From Candidatus Uhrbacteria bacterium (GTDB lineage Bacteria; Patescibacteriota; Patescibacteriia; JACPHY01), in contig JACPHY010000001.1 of NCBI GenBank assembly GCA_016188355.1, forward strand, positions 111,505 to 175,504: a stretch of DNA of 64,000 nucleotides, read 5' to 3'. The position numbers and the translations under genes were made by a program. This document shows positions 59,823-64,000 of the stretch, piece after piece (the stretch's first letter is position 1; every line of letters begins with the position of its first letter). Below the pieces are notes generated by a model, which worked only from the letters and a program-made list of their open reading frames with translations, did no database searches and was not told where the DNA came from.

Positions 59823-60149
59823 TTACGAGGAGCGCGATGGCAATGTGGGATCCGCGGCTCCGGTCTCAGGGATTTTTGGTGCGTCCTGATAGAAACCCTT
59901 CCAGACGAGTCTGCGTGGCTCTTGGAAGAACACGCCCTCTGGTTGATTGCTCGGAGCTGCGGTGGACGTGTGCGGGATGCGTTCTGGTCCGGGGTACGAC
60001 CCGAGTTTCGGCATCCATGATCCCAAAATTTCGTCCGCGCGTTCTCGGTCGTTTGCGTACACTGTTGCCGTAATGGCGTAGCGCTCGATGAAGTACCCGT
60101 CGGTGTCCGTGGTGTACTCCACGAGAAATGTGGTGTCCCATCGTCGCAT
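59823..60149 (-). CDS. Hypothetical small protein divergent from dinB
   Basis: Internal Met chosen from ORF 59823..60272 to avoid overlapping the dinB start. No motif. Weak. Confidence 0.25.
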   Translation of the reverse strand: MRRWDTTFLVEYTTDTDGYFIERYAITATVYANDRERADEILGSWMPKLGSYPGPERIPHTSTAAPSNQPEGVFFQEPRRLVWKGFYQDAPKIPETGAADPTLPSRSS

Positions 60150-60191
60150 GGGTGATCCTCCGTATGGGGTGGCAATGGACGAGATACGTGT

Positions 60192-61613
60192 ATGTTGACA
60201 CAGGATATGACGAACGTCCAGCGCATCATCATGCATGTCGACATGGACAGTTTCTTTGCATCCGTCGAGCAACAGGCGAACCCGCGATTGCGGGGAAAGC
60301 CGATCGCCGTGAGCGGTGACCCAAAATCACGGACCGTCGTTGCGGCGGCATCGAAAGAGGCAAAGCGATTCGGGGTGAAATCCGCAATGACCATTGGAGA
60401 GGCGCGACGATTATGCCCGAAGATCCAGTTTGTGCTCGGAGATCCAGATAAATATGTCTCGGTGGCGCAGCGGATCGTTCGTGTGTTTCAGGAGTACACG
60501 CCGGACGTCGAGGTTGCCTCGATTGATGAGGCATTTCTTGAGATGACGGGATGGTCAACGCATTTTGCTTGCGGGGATTGCGTGCGGACGGGAGCGGCAC
60601 GTGGTGATGGGGAGGAGTCGCGTGCGTGGTGTGGTGCGGTTCGGATGATCGCAGAGCTCCGCCGATGCCTGTACCGGGAAGTGGGGGAGTGGATCACCTG
60701 TTCGGTGGGTGTTGCGCAAAATAAGCGTCTTGCGAAATTGGCTTCTGATTTTCGTAAGCCGAACGGACTCGTGCTCGTGTATCCGCATGCGGGAGTAGGA
60801 GCGCATCCGATGCCGGATGTCGTGTGTGCGGTGACACGCGAAACGCTCCTGGCCTCCCTGCAGCTTCGCGATTTGGGTGGCATAGGACCGCGTATTGAGG
60901 AGCGGCTTCGGCGCATGGGCATTGCTACGATCGCGCAACTTGCGGGAACCCCGATTACCGTCCTCCGCGATGCGTTTGGCGTGTATGGCAACGAACTCCA
61001 TGACATGGCCATGGGGCATGATGTCCGTCCGGTGAGCGCGAACGATGCAGATCCGAAGTCGATGGGACATTCGGTGACGTTGCCTCGGGATCTCCGGACG
61101 GTGGAGGAGATACGCCCGGTCGTGGAAGAGCTCGCAGAGCGGGTAACAGCGCGGTTGCGGCGCGATGGATTTCGGGGATCGCTCATTCGATTGACCATGC
61201 GGTATGGCGACTTCACTGACGCGCACGAACAGAGGACGATTTCCGAGGCAACCAACGATGGGCGCCGTGTCGCGCGTGCGGTCATGGATATGCTTGCGGC
61301 AAGACTGATGCGATTGCCGGTGCGTCTCGTGGGGATCAGCGTGGGTCATCTTGTTCGGGTAACCGCAACCCAGGTTTCGTTATTCGCAGAAGATGTGCGC
61401 TGGCAGTCCGCGATCGCCGCTATGGATGCGGCCAATCATCGTCACGGTGCGTGGACCGTCCTCCGCGCGTCACTCCTGGGGCATCCCCGGGTCCTTCGCA
61501 GGGTTGCCGCAGCATTTCAATCGACCGCCCATCTCCGTGATGCAGTGGATGCGGATGGAATTGTAGGTGAGGATCGCGACGATCCCTCTGTAGGGACAGA
61601 TGGACAAAAATAG
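60192..61613 (+). CDS. dinB: DNA polymerase IV (Y-family translesion polymerase)
   Basis: HVDMDSFFASVEQ, SGD...SKEAKRFGV and IDEAFL motifs, with little-finger domain length. A C-terminal extension brings it to 473 aa. Confidence 0.9.
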   Translation: MLTQDMTNVQRIIMHVDMDSFFASVEQQANPRLRGKPIAVSGDPKSRTVVAAASKEAKRFGVKSAMTIGEARRLCPKIQFVLGDPDKYVSVAQRIVRVFQEYTPDVEVASIDEAFLEMTGWSTHFACGDCVRTGAARGDGEESRAWCGAVRMIAELRRCLYREVGEWITCSVGVAQNKRLAKLASDFRKPNGLVLVYPHAGVGAHPMPDVVCAVTRETLLASLQLRDLGGIGPRIEERLRRMGIATIAQLAGTPITVLRDAFGVYGNELHDMAMGHDVRPVSANDADPKSMGHSVTLPRDLRTVEEIRPVVEELAERVTARLRRDGFRGSLIRLTMRYGDFTDAHEQRTISEATNDGRRVARAVMDMLAARLMRLPVRLVGISVGHLVRVTATQVSLFAEDVRWQSAIAAMDAANHRHGAWTVLRASLLGHPRVLRRVAAAFQSTAHLRDAVDADGIVGEDRDDPSVGTDGQK

Positions 61614-61646
61614 CATTTTGCGCTATATTGCCATAGCCATGGAAAT

Positions 61647-62006
61647 TTGCATGAAGAAGAGGAGGAGAATCCCATGCGACGTGTCCCCGTGATTGGTGAT
61701 GGCGCGCATCCGGAGGTGCTGCGCGTGCAGGAAGAATTGCGAGAAAGGGGTTTCGAGTGCTACCCATGGGAGCCGACAACACCTCCGCTGCCGCCAGCGA
61801 TCATTGCCTTTCTCACGTCAGCGGAACCGCCGTTGTACTTCTGGAGCGCGTTCGCGCACCGCTCGATGCGCATACTTCCGGCGCAGTTTTCTGGAGGTAC
61901 GCTCCCGGCGATCATGGCGGATATTGCTTCCGCGAATTTCGGCCGTGACTGGCAGCGTGCGCTGGACGCGCTCGTCCGAGCGCTCGAACAGCATTTCCCT
62001 GCATGA
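61647..62006 (+). CDS. Hypothetical small protein
   Basis: 119-aa ORF with an acidic N-terminus. No motif recognised. Confidence 0.35.
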   Translation: MHEEEEENPMRRVPVIGDGAHPEVLRVQEELRERGFECYPWEPTTPPLPPAIIAFLTSAEPPLYFWSAFAHRSMRILPAQFSGGTLPAIMADIASANFGRDWQRALDALVRALEQHFPA

Positions 62007-62074
62007 CGACCGAGTCGTCGAGGTCTCCGCGGGCACCCATCCCGCGGAGACTTTTATTGTTATACTGCATCAAT

Positions 62075-62476
62075 ATGCGGCGTGCGCGTTCGGACTTCGA
62101 GTCCTGTGTCGTTGATGCGATTGCGGCAATCCCGGAGCATCTTCGGGTACGTTTTCGCAATGTGGCCATTACCATTGCGGACGCTCCCACCGCAGCGCAG
62201 CGCGCAGCGTTCGACTGTACGTCGGAGGAAACCATGTACGGATGTTACGAAGGGACTCCGTTAACGGAGCGAGACGGAGATGGGGAGCCATTGCTTCCGG
62301 ATCGCATCGTGCTCTTTCGTCGTCCACTCGAAGCAGATTTTGGTGATGATGCGAACCGGCTGCGACGAGAAATTGCACTCACGATACTCCATGAGTTTGC
62401 CCATCATGTTGGCATTACAGATGAGCAATTGGAACGCCTCGAACAGCAATGGGTGGACCGTGGCGTGGTACGCTGA
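62075..62476 (+). CDS. Metallopeptidase-family protein (DUF1025-like, zinc HExxH)
   Basis: C-terminal TILHEFAHHVGITDEQLERLE is the characteristic motif of the small 'possible zinc metallopeptidase' family. The internal Met gives the typical 134-aa size. Confidence 0.55.
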   Translation: MRRARSDFESCVVDAIAAIPEHLRVRFRNVAITIADAPTAAQRAAFDCTSEETMYGCYEGTPLTERDGDGEPLLPDRIVLFRRPLEADFGDDANRLRREIALTILHEFAHHVGITDEQLERLEQQWVDRGVVR

Positions 62477-62611
62477 TCGTGTGGACCTCATTGCGGGGCA
62501 ACGAGTTCCGTCGCAGCGCGCGTCGCGGACATCGATGCGTCCCGCATGCGTGGGTGCGTTCCTGCTCCTACCCTGCGTACTCGGGACGGATATCATGACG
62601 TCACCGGTCGT

Positions 62612-63718
62612 ATGCTTGCCGCAGTAGTGATTGCTGCTGCTCTTGCGGTTACCGGAGAGGTTCCGATGCCGGTTCGTATTCCGGGCGGCATCGCATCTCC
62701 GGTGATCGTGGATCATGTCCGCGCGGTGTACCTGACGTCTGGTGCCGCGGGGAGTGATCAATTCCCGCGATATCTTGCATTGCTCAGAACCACCACGATC
62801 AATGCGCTGGTGGTCGATGTGAAAGATGCGAATGGTCGACTCGCGTTTCGTCCCGAATCTCCGTCGTTATCCGCACTGGCGCCCGCGCATCCGACAATCA
62901 GCAATCTTCGGGATCGGGTAGCGGATATCCATGCGAACGGCGGTCTCGCGATCGCGCGGATTCCGGTATTTCAGGATTCGTGGTTTGCGGAACAGACTCC
63001 GACAGAAGCGATTCGGAGCACATCAGGAGCGTTGTGGCGCGATCATATCGGACAGGCATGGCTCGACCCCGCATCGGAACGCGTATGGAACTACGCCATC
63101 GATCTCGCGCGCGAAGCTGCTGCGTTTGGGTTTGATGAGGTAAATTTTGACTACATCCGCTTCCCGTCAGATGGGACATTGGCACGCGCCACGTATCCTC
63201 GATGGAATCGGAAGACTCCTCGTCGTGCGGTGATTGCTGCATTCGCCCGTGCGGTGGATCAGGGCGTTCGTGCGCAGGGGATTCGGACGTCTGCGGACCT
63301 GTTCGGCTTAGTGTTCTGGGCGAAAAATGATTTGGGCATTGGTCAATATCTCGAGGATCTCGCCCCACATTTCGACGTGCTCGCGCCCATGGTATACCCC
63401 TCGCACTATGGGAAAGGATTTTTGGGATTCGCGAATCCTGCAGTGGAGCCGTTTGCAGTCATTTCGGAAACCCTCCAGAAAGGTCGGCAGCGACTCCAGC
63501 GACTTCCCAAGAACGATCAGCCCGCAGTCCGTCCCTGGCTGCAGGATTTTCGGATGGGAGCTCCCTATGATGCGGCGATGATTCGCGAGGAAATGCGCGC
63601 CGCTGCGGATCAGGGATCGGTCGGATGGATGCTGTGGAATCCATTGAGTCGGTACACGGACGGTGCGATTGCATTGCCTTCGGTAGCGGAAACGATATTT
63701 CGCTCCTTTAAAAAATGA
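62612..63718 (+). CDS. Putative secreted glycoside-hydrolase-like TIM-barrel protein (GHL/DUF4015-like)
   Basis: Signal/TM start, with spaced acidic/aromatic motifs (VVDVKDANG, WLDP, FDEVNFDYIRFP, VYPSHY, GWMLWNP) reminiscent of the family. Assignment is tentative. Confidence 0.45.
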   Translation: MLAAVVIAAALAVTGEVPMPVRIPGGIASPVIVDHVRAVYLTSGAAGSDQFPRYLALLRTTTINALVVDVKDANGRLAFRPESPSLSALAPAHPTISNLRDRVADIHANGGLAIARIPVFQDSWFAEQTPTEAIRSTSGALWRDHIGQAWLDPASERVWNYAIDLAREAAAFGFDEVNFDYIRFPSDGTLARATYPRWNRKTPRRAVIAAFARAVDQGVRAQGIRTSADLFGLVFWAKNDLGIGQYLEDLAPHFDVLAPMVYPSHYGKGFLGFANPAVEPFAVISETLQKGRQRLQRLPKNDQPAVRPWLQDFRMGAPYDAAMIREEMRAAADQGSVGWMLWNPLSRYTDGAIALPSVAETIFRSFKK

Positions 63719-63788
63719 CCACAGGAGACACACAGATTCTCCACTTGTTTTCCGCAATAGGACTACATGTAGCGAAACCAGGGAGCCC

Positions 63789-63817
63789 TTGACGAGGGTT
63801 TGGATGATTTTTATACT
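63789..63817 (+). promoter_or_regulatory. Consensus-like sigma-70 promoter (TTGACG - 17 nt - TATACT) driving the downstream small RNA candidate
   Basis: -35 TTGACG at 63789-63794 and -10 TATACT at 63812-63817, with an exactly 17-nt spacer. No ORF of at least 60 aa follows. Confidence 0.6.
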
Positions 63818-63823
63818 GCGCGT

Positions 63824-63991
63824 GCCACGTCATCCAGCGTAGTCCCTCGGCCATAACGCGTAGCCCAAATACCACTGGTAGTGGCTACTGCAACCCTTAC
63901 TAAAATTAGGGTCCGAGGGCACACATGACGCGGTACTACCCCCGCACCTCTCCCCGACAAAGAACGGGGAGTGGGGTGCGGCTTTTTTGAT
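63824..63991 (+). ncRNA. Candidate small structured RNA of about 170 nt (long imperfect closing stem with internal hairpins, 6S-RNA-like architecture), ending in an intrinsic terminator
   Basis: There is no protein-coding ORF of at least 60 aa. A 5' arm (CACGUCAU...GUCCCUCGG) pairs with a 3' arm (CCGAGGGC...AUGACGCG). Internal hairpins include GUAGCC/GGCUAC, CCACU-GGU-AGUGG and ACCCU-...-AGGGU. The terminal GC hairpin (CCCCG...CGGGG) is followed by UUUUUUGAUUUUUU. Confidence 0.5.
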
Positions 63992-64000
63992 TTTTTAGAC

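Noticed and set aside
63824-63991. Possible TPP riboswitch (CCAGCGUAG resembles part of the THI-box)
   Set aside because: The other THI-box elements (CUGAGA, ACCUGAUC) are absent and the order and spacing are wrong. It is kept only as a generic structured sRNA candidate.

Overview
GC-rich bacterial chromosomal window (over 60% GC by eye) with dense coding and mostly housekeeping content. Genes identified by motif include ligA (3' part), gatC, gatA, gpsA, pyrD, lgt, lnt, dnaG-rpoD, PBP1A, queA and copA/copZ. A type IV pilin with the RDAKR…LExYY signature sits between gatC and gatA; it is typical of Candidate Phyla Radiation/Patescibacteria, but lineage is not proven. Two tRNAs are present: Ser-GGA and Asn-GTT. 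Regions not explained by housekeeping are listed below.
1. A lexA - small ORF - PolB-exonuclease-like nuclease - recQ operon preceded by a GTTC-N7-GTTC direct repeat, with dinB and PolX nearby. A second exonuclease paralog lies about 50 kb away.
2. A 1002-aa protein whose C-terminal ~250 aa look like a LOG/SLOG Rossmann nucleotide-processing domain. Its ~750-aa N-terminal part is unrecognisable. This is a candidate undescribed nucleotide-centred system.
3. An ECF sigma/anti-sigma pair flanked by two paralogous secreted proteins built from a novel GEL(I/L)(V/I)L(D/E)xLF(G/D)GG repeat, one carrying LysM.
4. A copper cluster: copZ, copA, a Met-rich membrane protein, a cupredoxin and a MerC-like protein.
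5. A VKOR/thioredoxin/DoxX/DsbA disulfide-bond module.
6. A tRNA-Asn-adjacent block containing a transglutaminase-like protein, an 800-aa secreted HExxH protein, a low-GC NUDIX gene and a cold-shock-domain fusion protein.
7. A promoter- and terminator-bounded small structured RNA candidate (about 170 nt) at the 3' window edge.
8. An 18-bp perfect palindrome and a G12 homopolymer in the ligA-gatC spacer.
Many long antisense shadow ORFs typical of high-GC DNA were rejected. No CRISPR array, integrase or transposase was seen.
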